UHGV virus genome: UHGV-0370399
Strand: one strand, 5' to 3'
Source: a virus
DNA: 64,000 nucleotides
This document shows, piece by piece, positions 46,323 through 54,928 of this stretch (positions are counted from its first letter, which is position 1; the number at the start of each line of letters is the position of its first letter). The notes under the pieces are model-generated. The model was not told where the DNA came from and made no database searches. It saw only the letters and a list, made by a program, of their open reading frames with translations. The translations under genes were made by a program, and so were the position numbers.

Positions 46323-46808
46323 ATGAATTACATGGAGATTAGGCCATTTGACACAGCTAATGGTGAAGGGGTTCGTGTAAGCCTCTTCGTAGCTGGTTGT
46401 AAGCATCACTGTGAAGGCTGCTTTAACAGGGAGTCTTGGAAGTTTAATGCTGGTAAAGTATTTACTTATGCAAACCTCTACGGCATCATTAAGCTAATGG
46501 ATGATGAGGCCATCAGTGGGTTGTCAATACTTGGTGGGGAGCCTCTGGATGATAGAAACATTCAAGAGGTCACCAACATATGCAAGCGTATTAAAACTGT
46601 TTATCCAGAAAAGTCTATATGGCTTTGGACAGGTTTTCAACTGCACGAAAAAATCCACTTAGATGTGATGAAATATGTTGACGTGGTGATTGATGGTAAG
46701 TATGATTCATCTAAACCAACAGTTAAACCATATCGTGGTTCTGATAACCAAAACCTCTGGAGAAAAGAGTATGGGTGGCAAGGTGATTGCCAATGGCGAG
46801 CAGAATGA
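46323..46808 (+). CDS. nrdG: anaerobic ribonucleotide reductase activating protein (radical SAM)
   Basis: CKHHCEGC is a CxxxCxxC radical-SAM cluster motif; size 161 aa; same block as nrdD. Confidence 0.85.
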   Translation: MNYMEIRPFDTANGEGVRVSLFVAGCKHHCEGCFNRESWKFNAGKVFTYANLYGIIKLMDDEAISGLSILGGEPLDDRNIQEVTNICKRIKTVYPEKSIWLWTGFQLHEKIHLDVMKYVDVVIDGKYDSSKPTVKPYRGSDNQNLWRKEYGWQGDCQWRAE

Positions 46809-47046
46809 TTATTCTGGTAAGTGGACTTATGACATCAACAAGTTAGATGCCTGGATGATTTATACGAGAGAAAAATTTGGTGCACGTTCATTATGTGCTC
46901 TTGCAACGATGGTGAAGAACGTTACCTTTGAAATTCATGAATCAGATAAGTTTGGAGACTTCTACAGGATTCAAAACATCAGAGAAGGTATAACTCCAAT
47001 CGGTATCACTGAAGAAGAACTTCATAAGTTCTGTATTAAACTTTAA
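46771..47046 (+). CDS. hypothetical protein
   Basis: ORF-track start is TTG inside nrdG; ATG at 46771 has SD ggagaaaagag. Confidence 0.3.
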   Translation: MGGKVIANGEQNDYSGKWTYDINKLDAWMIYTREKFGARSLCALATMVKNVTFEIHESDKFGDFYRIQNIREGITPIGITEEELHKFCIKL

Positions 47047-47060
47047 TGAGAGAGACTAAA

Positions 47061-47327
47061 ATGGGAATTTTAGGCAATATTAAAGCTGGCTTTTTGAAGG
47101 CACTGGCAAAAGCAGCAGCAATCATTTCTATGACTGGGAAGCAGGTTGGTGTAGATGCTTCAGCAATTGCACAGGTTCTTGCAAGCCAAATTGAACAGCA
47201 GCCTTACATCCACGTTGGACGTGGTAAAGGTGGTAAAAAACAAGCACATCGACCAACTGGTGCAGCAGCAATTAAACGTGCAGCTAAGAAAGCTCGTAAC
47301 CGTAAACGTAATAAGAAGGCTAAATAA
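47061..47327 (+). CDS. small highly basic protein
   Basis: C-terminus KRAAKKARNRKRNKKAK; ATG at 47061 has SD gagagag (the upstream ATG at 47046 has none). Confidence 0.35.
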   Translation: MGILGNIKAGFLKALAKAAAIISMTGKQVGVDASAIAQVLASQIEQQPYIHVGRGKGGKKQAHRPTGAAAIKRAAKKARNRKRNKKAK

Positions 47328-47329
47328 TC

Positions 47330-47641
47330 ATGAGCAAAGTTTATAACACTCGTAAGATTCAGATTGCAGTTCTGTGTCAGTTTATGGTTGAGCAACATAA
47401 CGCACATTATTGTGGTACGGGATTTCTAACCTTTGGTGGCGAACACATCCCATTTAAGAAAGCTGTGAAGATGTACAACGAATCTCTTGATGGTAGTAAA
47501 GAGCTAGAACAGCTTAAACTAACTTACAATAAGAAAGACAAGAAGATTGTATGTCTAAACCACTCTATTAAACCTACAAATTACATTATAAGCAACATTG
47601 GCGAAGAAGGCTTCCTCAAAGTGTTGAAAATCTCACAGTAA
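47330..47641 (+). CDS. hypothetical protein
   Basis: 103 aa followed by a terminator. Confidence 0.35.
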   Translation: MSKVYNTRKIQIAVLCQFMVEQHNAHYCGTGFLTFGGEHIPFKKAVKMYNESLDGSKELEQLKLTYNKKDKKIVCLNHSIKPTNYIISNIGEEGFLKVLKISQ

Positions 47642-47654
47642 TATTATATGATTA

Positions 47655-47678
47655 GGGAACTGTAAAGGTTCCCTTTTT
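47655..47678 (+). terminator. intrinsic terminator
   Basis: GGGAAC tgtaaag GTTCCC followed by TTTTT. Confidence 0.8.
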
Positions 47679-47692
47679 ATTTTGGAGATAAC

Positions 47693-48208
47693 ATGTATCT
47701 GTCAAACCTGAAACGTTCGGCTGCAATGTCAGTTCTAAGACTCAGCTTTGAGGAACGTCAAGAATTTATAGACTCCCACAAATATGACCCTTCAAATTCT
47801 AATCACATGGTTCTTTGGAATCGTGATAACTTCCGTGAAAGAGCACTTGTCCGTTATTACCCACACTACACAATAGATAACCTGTATGAATGGTGTGTTG
47901 TGAAGAACACCATTGCAACACTGAACAATCTTTGCAGGTATACGGGTAAGCAAACATTTACACTAGGCCACCACAAACCTGTTACAAAAGGTGGTGAACA
48001 TCACTGTGCGAACTGGTTTATCCAAACTAAAGCTGATAACCAGAAGCAAGGAGATAGCCTCCTAAGTATCCCTAAGATGACCTATGAAGAGCAAGAGAAA
48101 TATATCAAAAATAATATGCCAGATGTGCTTGACAACAACTATACAGATTTGGCAATATCTCTCCTGTTGAAGTTCGAGACAGTTTATAGGGCAACTTATA
48201 ATGGCTAA
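47693..48208 (+). CDS. hypothetical protein with HNH-like nuclease motif
   Basis: LGHHKPVTKGGEHHCANWFIQTKADNQKQGD resembles the HH...GG...N...N core of HNH nucleases; SD ggaga. Confidence 0.4.
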   Translation: MYLSNLKRSAAMSVLRLSFEERQEFIDSHKYDPSNSNHMVLWNRDNFRERALVRYYPHYTIDNLYEWCVVKNTIATLNNLCRYTGKQTFTLGHHKPVTKGGEHHCANWFIQTKADNQKQGDSLLSIPKMTYEEQEKYIKNNMPDVLDNNYTDLAISLLLKFETVYRATYNG

Positions 48209-48479
48209 AGAAAAGTGGGAGATTTTACCATTAGTCAGTGAAGGAGGTAATGGTTGTGAAATGTACATGATACGTGGTCATGTTCCAGAGCCAATTGCAC
48301 TTGAGATGGTAAACAACTTTACAGATGGTTCTTACAAAGACTTAGGCGAACCAACTGTCAAGCAACAATGGGTTAAACCTGTACCAGACAGCACAGGTAA
48401 CTGTAGTGTACTTTATCACGTTGTAGACCCTGCAAAATGCAAATCTGCAATGGCAGTAACAAACGTAACTTTTGATTGA
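48201..48479 (+). CDS. hypothetical protein
   Basis: 92 aa ATG-initiated ORF. Confidence 0.35.
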   Translation: MAKEKWEILPLVSEGGNGCEMYMIRGHVPEPIALEMVNNFTDGSYKDLGEPTVKQQWVKPVPDSTGNCSVLYHVVDPAKCKSAMAVTNVTFD

Positions 48480-48490
48480 GAGAGAAAACT

Positions 48491-48826
48491 ATGAAAATCA
48501 AAGAGATGAACATCAACATTGTCTTAGAAGAACGTTGGGAGAACATCAAGAAGCCTGAAGATGGCCATAAGTTTCTTAACAAAATTTTAGTAGCAGCTAA
48601 AGAAGAACTAACTGGCAAGGTCGCAGCAGCAATTACAATAAAGGTCTGTGTAAAAGGTCTTCCAGATAATCACCAATTTGCACTTGACGAGTTTAAAGAA
48701 AGCTTCTACAATCCAAACAAACAGATGCTTGAAAGTAACTTTGCAGTGTCTACAAGTATCGTCCATGACAGAAGCTTTATCCTTTACAAGAATATGAGAG
48801 GTGAGTCATGCAAGCATATTGGATAG
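48491..48826 (+). CDS. hypothetical protein
   Basis: ORF-track start is TTG; ATG at 48491 has SD gagagag. Confidence 0.35.
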   Translation: MKIKEMNINIVLEERWENIKKPEDGHKFLNKILVAAKEELTGKVAAAITIKVCVKGLPDNHQFALDEFKESFYNPNKQMLESNFAVSTSIVHDRSFILYKNMRGESCKHIG

Positions 48827-48984
48827 AAATTTTACTGTCACTTGGTAGTGTAGCAGTATTTGTCTACCTCCTTTGTAAGTACTTTGCAGAGCACAAAAAA
48901 TGTGACTACTGTAATGGAGAGGGGTACATAAGGGCAGGTTGTTGCCCTATGTGTGGTGGTTCTGGTAAAATGTTTAATAAGTAA
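48808..48984 (+). CDS. small membrane-anchored DnaJ-type zinc-finger protein (absent from the ORF track)
   Basis: 58 aa: hydrophobic helix then CDYCNGEGY and CPMCGGSG (two CxxCxGxG motifs); SD gaggtga. Confidence 0.4.
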   Translation: MQAYWIEILLSLGSVAVFVYLLCKYFAEHKKCDYCNGEGYIRAGCCPMCGGSGKMFNK

Positions 48985-49012
48985 TTTAACAGTAAACTAA
49001 GAGGAAAGTATT

Positions 49013-51379
49013 ATGCGCATGGTAAACGACCACGCAGAAGTGATTAAGAGTTCAACTTCTTTAGAGACGTCTCAAGCACAGATTACAATGACACCTGAAA
49101 TGTTCAGCCTTTTGAGTTCCGGTGTATACACATTTAAAGAAAGGGCAGTGATTCGTGAACTGTCATGTAACGCAGTAGATGCTCAAAAAGAAGCTGGAAA
49201 AGAGAACATCCCGTTCCATGTGCATTTACCTACTCGATTTGAGCCTTACTTTGAAGTCCGTGACTTTGGAACTGGTTTAACCCATGACAAAGTAATGAGT
49301 TTGTATCTGAACTATGGGGCTTCTACGAAGAATGACTCTAATGACTACATTGGTGCAATGGGTATCGGCTCAAAGTCACCGTTTGCGATTGCTCAGTCAT
49401 TCACAGTGTCTAGCTATGTTGATGGTGTTGTTAATAAGTACTCTGTTTACCTTGAGAATGGTATTCCTCAAGTAACTAAGCTTACTACTAACCAAACAAA
49501 TGAACCTAATGGTTTAGCTGTACGTGTGGCAGTTGCTGACCACCGTATTTCAAAGTTCTTTGAAGAGGCTGGTAATGTATACTCATACTTTGCTGTAAAA
49601 CCAGAGAGTAATGTGGAGTATAATGATATATTAGCAGATATGGATGTGATTGCTCGTGAAGAAGGTGTCTATGATGCCATGACTCATAAGCATAGCTGGC
49701 GTTCAAGCAGCAATAGAACAGAGTTTAACGTGGTTATGGGTAATATTGCCTACCCAGTTAATATGGAGGTATTACTTGGTGATGATTTCTTCAAAGTATT
49801 ACCAGAATTTTTCCGCAGGAGCATAGACCTTGTAAACATCTACATGCCTATTGGTTCAGTTGCTTTTGCAGCTTCTCGTGAAGCATTGCAGATGAATGAC
49901 ACGACAAAAAATGTTATCATCGAGGCTACTAAAAAGATAACTGAAGCAATTACAAAGGATGTTATCAAGAAAGTTAATAGTCAACCTACACTCATGGATG
50001 CTGCACAGGCTTATGCTGAGTTACGCTTGAACTCACGAGAGATGTTTAATGTTGTGTGTCCAAAGCTAGAGTGGGGAGGTGTTAAGCTTGATTCTCTGGA
50101 AGAAGAATTACTAAACATTCGTTGTGGAATTATCTACGCAGAGGACGGCTCAGTCATCTATGAACGTGACGGCAAAGGTAATATTAAGGTTGACAGTAAA
50201 GGAAACAACATTCCTAAAGTGGACTACCTATACAATCCAGTTGCTTATGTTAAGTTCAACTCTTTAGAGAGTAAGATTCGTGCAACAGCACTTTCCTACA
50301 CTCAAGAGGCGAGCATGTTCAATATCTTTGGTGCAATGCGTAAAAGCCAAATTGAACAGTTTTTGTTCGTGATTAATGACCGTCGCAATAAAAACGGTAC
50401 TGAAAAGACTGTAGGCCGCAATCAGATTCTGCGTGATGCATGTCGAGACTACGCCAGTGAGTCAAGTCTGTTTCACAGATATAATGGTATTGTGTTTGTA
50501 TTCTCGACTGAAAAAGAGTTAGACGACCTAATCAATCTACACAAACTTGATAAAAGCTTGTTAAAGATTGTGAAGATGTCTGATAAGGAACATTACTATC
50601 AGCGTAAAGAAGCTGTAAGGGGTGTTGTAAAACTCTGGAAAGCTGTTCCAGCAGAAGGTGTAGCTTCCTATAAAGAGGTTTCAGAGGACTTCGATACAAT
50701 TGAAGAACCTCAGCTTTACATTAAGGCAGTTGGTGATACAGTTGATGGCGAATGTTTTTGCTCATCTCCAGAAGATGTAGCCAAGTCAGTTGCTAATGTT
50801 ACAGGGAAGACAGTCTATGTTTTCCGAAAAGCAAATTGGAAAAAGATACCAGAAGACTGGATTGAAGTAGATGAGAAGCTCTTGAACGACAGCTTAACTG
50901 ATGTTCACTGGATTAATCATAACAGGTATATGACACGTATCTATATGAATGGTGTTCTTGACCTTACAAGCAGTTGGATTATCGCCAGAAACTTTACATT
51001 CAATAACAGGAAGATTTCTCGTGGTTATTGCTATTCACGAGATACTAACAAAACTATCTTCCTAGAAGGCAATGAAGATGCTGTAGAGGCAATGTTCGGT
51101 AAAATCCAATACGTTGCTGCACCATTTGCATACACTTATACTGTTAGTGTATTGAAAACTTTGAAAGACTGTCTTGACAATGATACAAAGCTTTACAAGA
51201 AAATTAAGAAAGCTGGTGACCGCATGGTCATTAAGGTGACAAACTACCTTTCAAAAAGAAAACAAGAAAACTTCTTGCTTTCTCATTTAGATTGGAATAA
51301 AGTGTCACCTATCGAAGTGAGTAAGTTCTTAGGCTTTGATGTGAAGTGTGTTCCAGAAGGGACTACAATTTACGATTAA
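49013..51379 (+). CDS. rIIA: rIIA-like protein with GHKL-type ATPase N-terminus
   Basis: ELSCNAVDA (ExxxNxxD), RDFGTGL (DxGxG) and GAMGIGSKS (GxxGxG) are Bergerat-fold ATPase motifs; 788 aa followed by an rIIB-like gene. Confidence 0.65.
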   Translation: MRMVNDHAEVIKSSTSLETSQAQITMTPEMFSLLSSGVYTFKERAVIRELSCNAVDAQKEAGKENIPFHVHLPTRFEPYFEVRDFGTGLTHDKVMSLYLNYGASTKNDSNDYIGAMGIGSKSPFAIAQSFTVSSYVDGVVNKYSVYLENGIPQVTKLTTNQTNEPNGLAVRVAVADHRISKFFEEAGNVYSYFAVKPESNVEYNDILADMDVIAREEGVYDAMTHKHSWRSSSNRTEFNVVMGNIAYPVNMEVLLGDDFFKVLPEFFRRSIDLVNIYMPIGSVAFAASREALQMNDTTKNVIIEATKKITEAITKDVIKKVNSQPTLMDAAQAYAELRLNSREMFNVVCPKLEWGGVKLDSLEEELLNIRCGIIYAEDGSVIYERDGKGNIKVDSKGNNIPKVDYLYNPVAYVKFNSLESKIRATALSYTQEASMFNIFGAMRKSQIEQFLFVINDRRNKNGTEKTVGRNQILRDACRDYASESSLFHRYNGIVFVFSTEKELDDLINLHKLDKSLLKIVKMSDKEHYYQRKEAVRGVVKLWKAVPAEGVASYKEVSEDFDTIEEPQLYIKAVGDTVDGECFCSSPEDVAKSVANVTGKTVYVFRKANWKKIPEDWIEVDEKLLNDSLTDVHWINHNRYMTRIYMNGVLDLTSSWIIARNFTFNNRKISRGYCYSRDTNKTIFLEGNEDAVEAMFGKIQYVAAPFAYTYTVSVLKTLKDCLDNDTKLYKKIKKAGDRMVIKVTNYLSKRKQENFLLSHLDWNKVSPIEVSKFLGFDVKCVPEGTTIYD

Positions 51380-51384
51380 AGTGT

Positions 51385-51414
51385 TTGACAAGGGGCTTCA
51401 AAACCCCTTAGAAT
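51385..51414 (+). promoter_or_regulatory. sigma70-like promoter with hairpin in the spacer
   Basis: TTGACA, spacer aaGGGGcttcaaaaCCCCtt, TAGAAT. Confidence 0.5.
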
Positions 51415-51458
51415 AGCATCACAAAATGATTTATTAACTAACAAGAGAGAGTAATAAG

Positions 51459-52568
51459 ATGACTACCAAAACTAAAGCACAGATTGACGCAGAAATTTAC
51501 AAACTGGTTAAAGAAGGTAAGTTGACTAAAACAGCTATTGCACAGAAATTTAATACTTCAACCCGTTCAGTCGGTCGTGCTGTAGAGCGTCATGAAGCAA
51601 CCTTAAAAGGGAATAAGAAGGCAACTTCTACACCAGCTACGAAGACTTTGAAGCAAGTTGCTAAGACCTTTAAAAAGAAAGCTGACAAACCAGTTGAAAA
51701 GGTTGTTAAAGATGCTGTACAGAAAGCTCCGGTAAATAAACTGCATGAAGCTATGCAGAAAGATGACAAGATTGAGTACATGATTACTGGTGACTCTGTA
51801 ATTATGACTTATGGTTCAGAATCTGAAATTGTTGAGTCTACTCATCCGAACTATCAAGAGATTGTAGTTCATGTTGTGAAAGGTGAGTTCAAAAAAGCCT
51901 TTGAATTGATGAACATTCGTAAGTCTATCGAAAACTTCACTCAGGGCGCTATCACAATCAAAGGTGACAAGTTATTCTACGGTGCTGTTGAGATGCGTTC
52001 TACTCTGGTTGACCGTATTCTTCACATGATGAAGACTGGAGATAAAGGTTTCGAACGCCTTGTGATGTTCTTCGAAAAACTGATGGAAAACCCATCTAAA
52101 GACTCTGTAGAGCAACTTTGGGGCTTCGTATCTCACCTTGATGTTGAAATTGATGAAGAAGGCTACATCATTGGTTGGAAGAAAGTATCTACTCGTGAAG
52201 GCAAGCTGGTTGACTCCCACACCTACAGAGTACCTAATGATTTGGGTAACATTGTAGAAATGCCACGTTGGATGGTTGATAATAACCGTAACGTGACTTG
52301 CTCTCAAGGTCTTCATGTTGGTGCTTGGGATTATGTTCGTTGCTTCTCAGGTGATACAATTCTGAAGGTTCGTGTCCATCCACGAGACGTTGTATCCGTA
52401 CCAACTGATTACAACGATATGAAGATGCGCTCGTCTCGTTATGAAGTTGCAGCAATCGTTGATAATCAACGTAAAGTACTGAAAGCATGGGATGGCAAGA
52501 CTGAAGCTTTGCATGTCATCGTTGGCACTGCTGGGGAACTTATCTCTCAGCGTAAACGTGAAATCTAA
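51459..52568 (+). CDS. rIIB: rIIB-like protein
   Basis: 369 aa directly after the rIIA-like gene; N-terminal HTH-like segment laid out as in T4 rIIB. Confidence 0.6.
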   Translation: MTTKTKAQIDAEIYKLVKEGKLTKTAIAQKFNTSTRSVGRAVERHEATLKGNKKATSTPATKTLKQVAKTFKKKADKPVEKVVKDAVQKAPVNKLHEAMQKDDKIEYMITGDSVIMTYGSESEIVESTHPNYQEIVVHVVKGEFKKAFELMNIRKSIENFTQGAITIKGDKLFYGAVEMRSTLVDRILHMMKTGDKGFERLVMFFEKLMENPSKDSVEQLWGFVSHLDVEIDEEGYIIGWKKVSTREGKLVDSHTYRVPNDLGNIVEMPRWMVDNNRNVTCSQGLHVGAWDYVRCFSGDTILKVRVHPRDVVSVPTDYNDMKMRSSRYEVAAIVDNQRKVLKAWDGKTEALHVIVGTAGELISQRKREI

Positions 52569-52584
52569 TAAGTAATTTCTTAAA

Positions 52585-52607
52585 AGGCTGCTTCGGCGGC
52601 CTTTTTT
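52585..52607 (+). terminator. intrinsic terminator with UUCG tetraloop
   Basis: GGCTGC ttcg GCGGCC (one G-U) followed by TTTTTT. Confidence 0.75.
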
Positions 52608-52609
52608 AT

Positions 52610-52637
52610 TTGTATTTTGTGCAGAGTGCTGTATAAT
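52610..52637 (+). promoter_or_regulatory. sigma70-like promoter
   Basis: TTGTAT, 16 bp spacer, consensus TATAAT, 31 bp upstream of the ATG at 52669. Confidence 0.5.
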
Positions 52638-52668
52638 TGTTTTCACGATAAACTAAACAGGAGAACCA

Positions 52669-53217
52669 ATGAAGAAATTGATTCTAGGTTTGTGCTTAAT
52701 GTTTACAGCACACTTATCTTATGCAGTTGACTGCCCAGAGCTATCAATTAGCCAAAAAGTAAACATGTTAAAAGCTTACCAGTATGGTGAGAATAACATG
52801 GGTAAAGGTTGGGGTATCACTCTAGCTGCTATAGCCTTACAAGAGTCAGAGTTAGGTCTGAAGGTAGAGAATAAAAAGACCCATGACTATGGTATCTTCC
52901 AGAATCACTTGAAGACTGTTGTAAAGCGTAACAAAATTAGTCCTAATGTGGCTAAAAAGAAACTCTTAAAAGACTTTGACTATGCTGCGAAGGAAACTCA
53001 CAAAGAGCTTGAGTTTTGGACAAAGGTGCATGGTCAGCCAAAGTCAAAGAAGACTTTACAAAAAGTTTTAGCATCATATAATGCTGGGTATTCGTACAGA
53101 ATCCCTAAAGCTAAGAAATATTCTCAAGATGTCTATAACAACATGAAAGTTATTGCTCAATGTGAATTTGCAACAAACATTTCTAAGGTAAACCATGAAA
53201 AAATTAAAAAAGTCTGA
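52669..53217 (+). CDS. signal-peptide lytic transglycosylase (SLT domain), endolysin candidate
   Basis: N-terminal MKKLILGLCLMFTAHLSYA signal; catalytic-region motifs QESE, YGIFQ and AYNAGY match the SLT family. Confidence 0.55.
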   Translation: MKKLILGLCLMFTAHLSYAVDCPELSISQKVNMLKAYQYGENNMGKGWGITLAAIALQESELGLKVENKKTHDYGIFQNHLKTVVKRNKISPNVAKKKLLKDFDYAAKETHKELEFWTKVHGQPKSKKTLQKVLASYNAGYSYRIPKAKKYSQDVYNNMKVIAQCEFATNISKVNHEKIKKV

Positions 53218-53890
53218 TGAAGTACTGTGTCATGCTTACGACTTACATCCTCATGAGTTAGGTCTTGATTCCTGTGTATGGACTCCAGAACAGTGTAGGG
53301 ATTTTGAAGACACTGCAAGAGAAGTTGTATGTTCACTCGAAGAGTTCCACACATCAGAACCAATTGTGAATGTTGTAGATAAAGAGACTGGACAAACTAT
53401 AGGTGTAAGTCGTGATAGCTTAGTCATAGTCAATAAAGACCTTGTAGAAAAAGGGAATCTCATCTTAGCAGATATTGATGGTGTTCTTACAAATTTTAAT
53501 CACGAAGATTGTTCAACGGAATTGACTGACGGTTCATTCTCGCAGTACACTAATCTTCTTGACTCTGTAAGAGCAAAACCAACGTATGTTTTCAATATCA
53601 TTGATGCAATTGCTAATCATGCTGCTGTTGGACTCTTGACAGCGAGAGGTGAATCTCAGAGAATACCTACTGAGATGTTTTTAAGGCATAACACAGAGCA
53701 TGACTACATGCTTTTTATGCGTGGTTTTGGGACTAACTCTATAAGCGCAGAAAGTTTGAAAGTGAGGATGATTCAGTCTTGCATTCTGCCTTACTTTAAT
53801 ATAGTATGTTTTATAGAAGACACAGAGAAGAATGTGCAGAAGGTGAACAGAATCCTTCCACACATTAAAACCATGTTAGTTAAACATTGA
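53195..53890 (+). CDS. HAD-superfamily phosphatase-like protein (5'(3')-deoxyribonucleotidase-like)
   Basis: DIDGVLTNF matches HAD motif I as in NT5C-type nucleotidases; LLTARGE and FIEDTEKN fit motifs II and IV. Confidence 0.45.
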   Translation: MKKLKKSDEVLCHAYDLHPHELGLDSCVWTPEQCRDFEDTAREVVCSLEEFHTSEPIVNVVDKETGQTIGVSRDSLVIVNKDLVEKGNLILADIDGVLTNFNHEDCSTELTDGSFSQYTNLLDSVRAKPTYVFNIIDAIANHAAVGLLTARGESQRIPTEMFLRHNTEHDYMLFMRGFGTNSISAESLKVRMIQSCILPYFNIVCFIEDTEKNVQKVNRILPHIKTMLVKH

Positions 53891-53900
53891 GAGAAAACTT

Positions 53901-54365
53901 ATGAACAATATCATTACGGTAGCACTGGACGATACGGTAAACAAATCTGCAATAGTTCGTAAAATGATTCAAGGTAACTTTGAAGGTAAAATTTTTCGTG
54001 CTGTTAATGTAAAAGCTGATGGCAGCATTCGTGAATATCGTGCATTATTGAATGTTAAAAAACACGTAAAAGGTGCTGGTTCAACGACTGCACACAAAGA
54101 AAACCTGATGACTATCTATGATATGGGTAAGGCTTCAGAGTTAGGTGCTGAAGGTATCGTTAAAGAAGGTGCTCCGTATCGCTCTTTCAATCTGGAAACT
54201 ACTCTTATGCTTTCCTTTACAAGTGGTTCTAAAACAATCACTTATCTCTTTACTGATGCTGCAACGGTATCTGCTATTAAGGATAGCACTGTCAAAGCTG
54301 GCGTAGTTGCTGCTGCAAAAGCTTCTTCGATGGCTGCGAATATCCTTGCTAAAGTCCTCGGTTAA
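53901..54365 (+). CDS. hypothetical protein
   Basis: 154 aa; SD gagag; followed by a strong terminator. Confidence 0.4.
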   Translation: MNNIITVALDDTVNKSAIVRKMIQGNFEGKIFRAVNVKADGSIREYRALLNVKKHVKGAGSTTAHKENLMTIYDMGKASELGAEGIVKEGAPYRSFNLETTLMLSFTSGSKTITYLFTDAATVSAIKDSTVKAGVVAAAKASSMAANILAKVLG

Positions 54366-54376
54366 GGTTAAGATAC

Positions 54377-54398
54377 AGGCTCCTTCGGGAGCCTTTTT
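54377..54398 (+). terminator. intrinsic terminator with UUCG tetraloop
   Basis: AGGCTCC ttcg GGAGCCT followed by TTTT. Confidence 0.85.
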
Positions 54399-54417
54399 CA
54401 TTTTAGGAGATTGTTAA

Positions 54418-54765
54418 ATGACATTTAAAGAGTTCTGTCAAGCTACTTTCATAATTGTTTTCTTAGTTGGTGCAGGTGTCTGGGGAGGATACTCTTACAG
54501 AGACTATCAAGTTGCTGAAACTGAGCTAAATAATGAGAAACTAATAAGTGTTGCTAAAGATGCTTATCAGGAAGGTTTAGCCACACTCAGCACCAATTAC
54601 AAAAATGATTTGAAAGATGTGCTTGCTAAGAATAAGCATACAAAAGAGGTACTAACATATGAAAAAACTAAGCCAGAGTTTTATAATGTTTGTGTTACTG
54701 ATAACTATGTCAGGGTGTTCAACGAACAAAGTGAGCAGTACATTCAAAAACTCCCAAGTAAGTGA
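54418..54765 (+). CDS. putative i-spanin (Rz-like)
   Basis: N-terminal transmembrane helix FIIVFLVGAGVWGG then helical periplasmic domain; SD aggaga; the lipoprotein gene is overlapped in its 3' end. Confidence 0.45.
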   Translation: MTFKEFCQATFIIVFLVGAGVWGGYSYRDYQVAETELNNEKLISVAKDAYQEGLATLSTNYKNDLKDVLAKNKHTKEVLTYEKTKPEFYNVCVTDNYVRVFNEQSEQYIQKLPSK

Positions 54766-54928
54766 GAGTGATAAGTACACCCAAGAAGAATCACGGTATA
54801 TCATCAAAGGCAACACAGGCAGCGATGTAGCAGCAGCCCTTGAGTTCTATCGTGACGGCTTTTACCAGTGCACAATCAAAGCTAACAACCTTATTGACAT
54901 GATTTTATTAGGGAATAAGCAGCAATGA
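54659..54928 (+). CDS. putative o-spanin (Rz1-like lipoprotein) in overlapped architecture
   Basis: MKKLSQSFIMFVLLITMSGC has a signal peptide with lipobox-like MSGC; starts in the +1 frame inside 54418-54765. Confidence 0.45.
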   Translation: MKKLSQSFIMFVLLITMSGCSTNKVSSTFKNSQVSESDKYTQEESRYIIKGNTGSDVAAALEFYRDGFYQCTIKANNLIDMILLGNKQQ

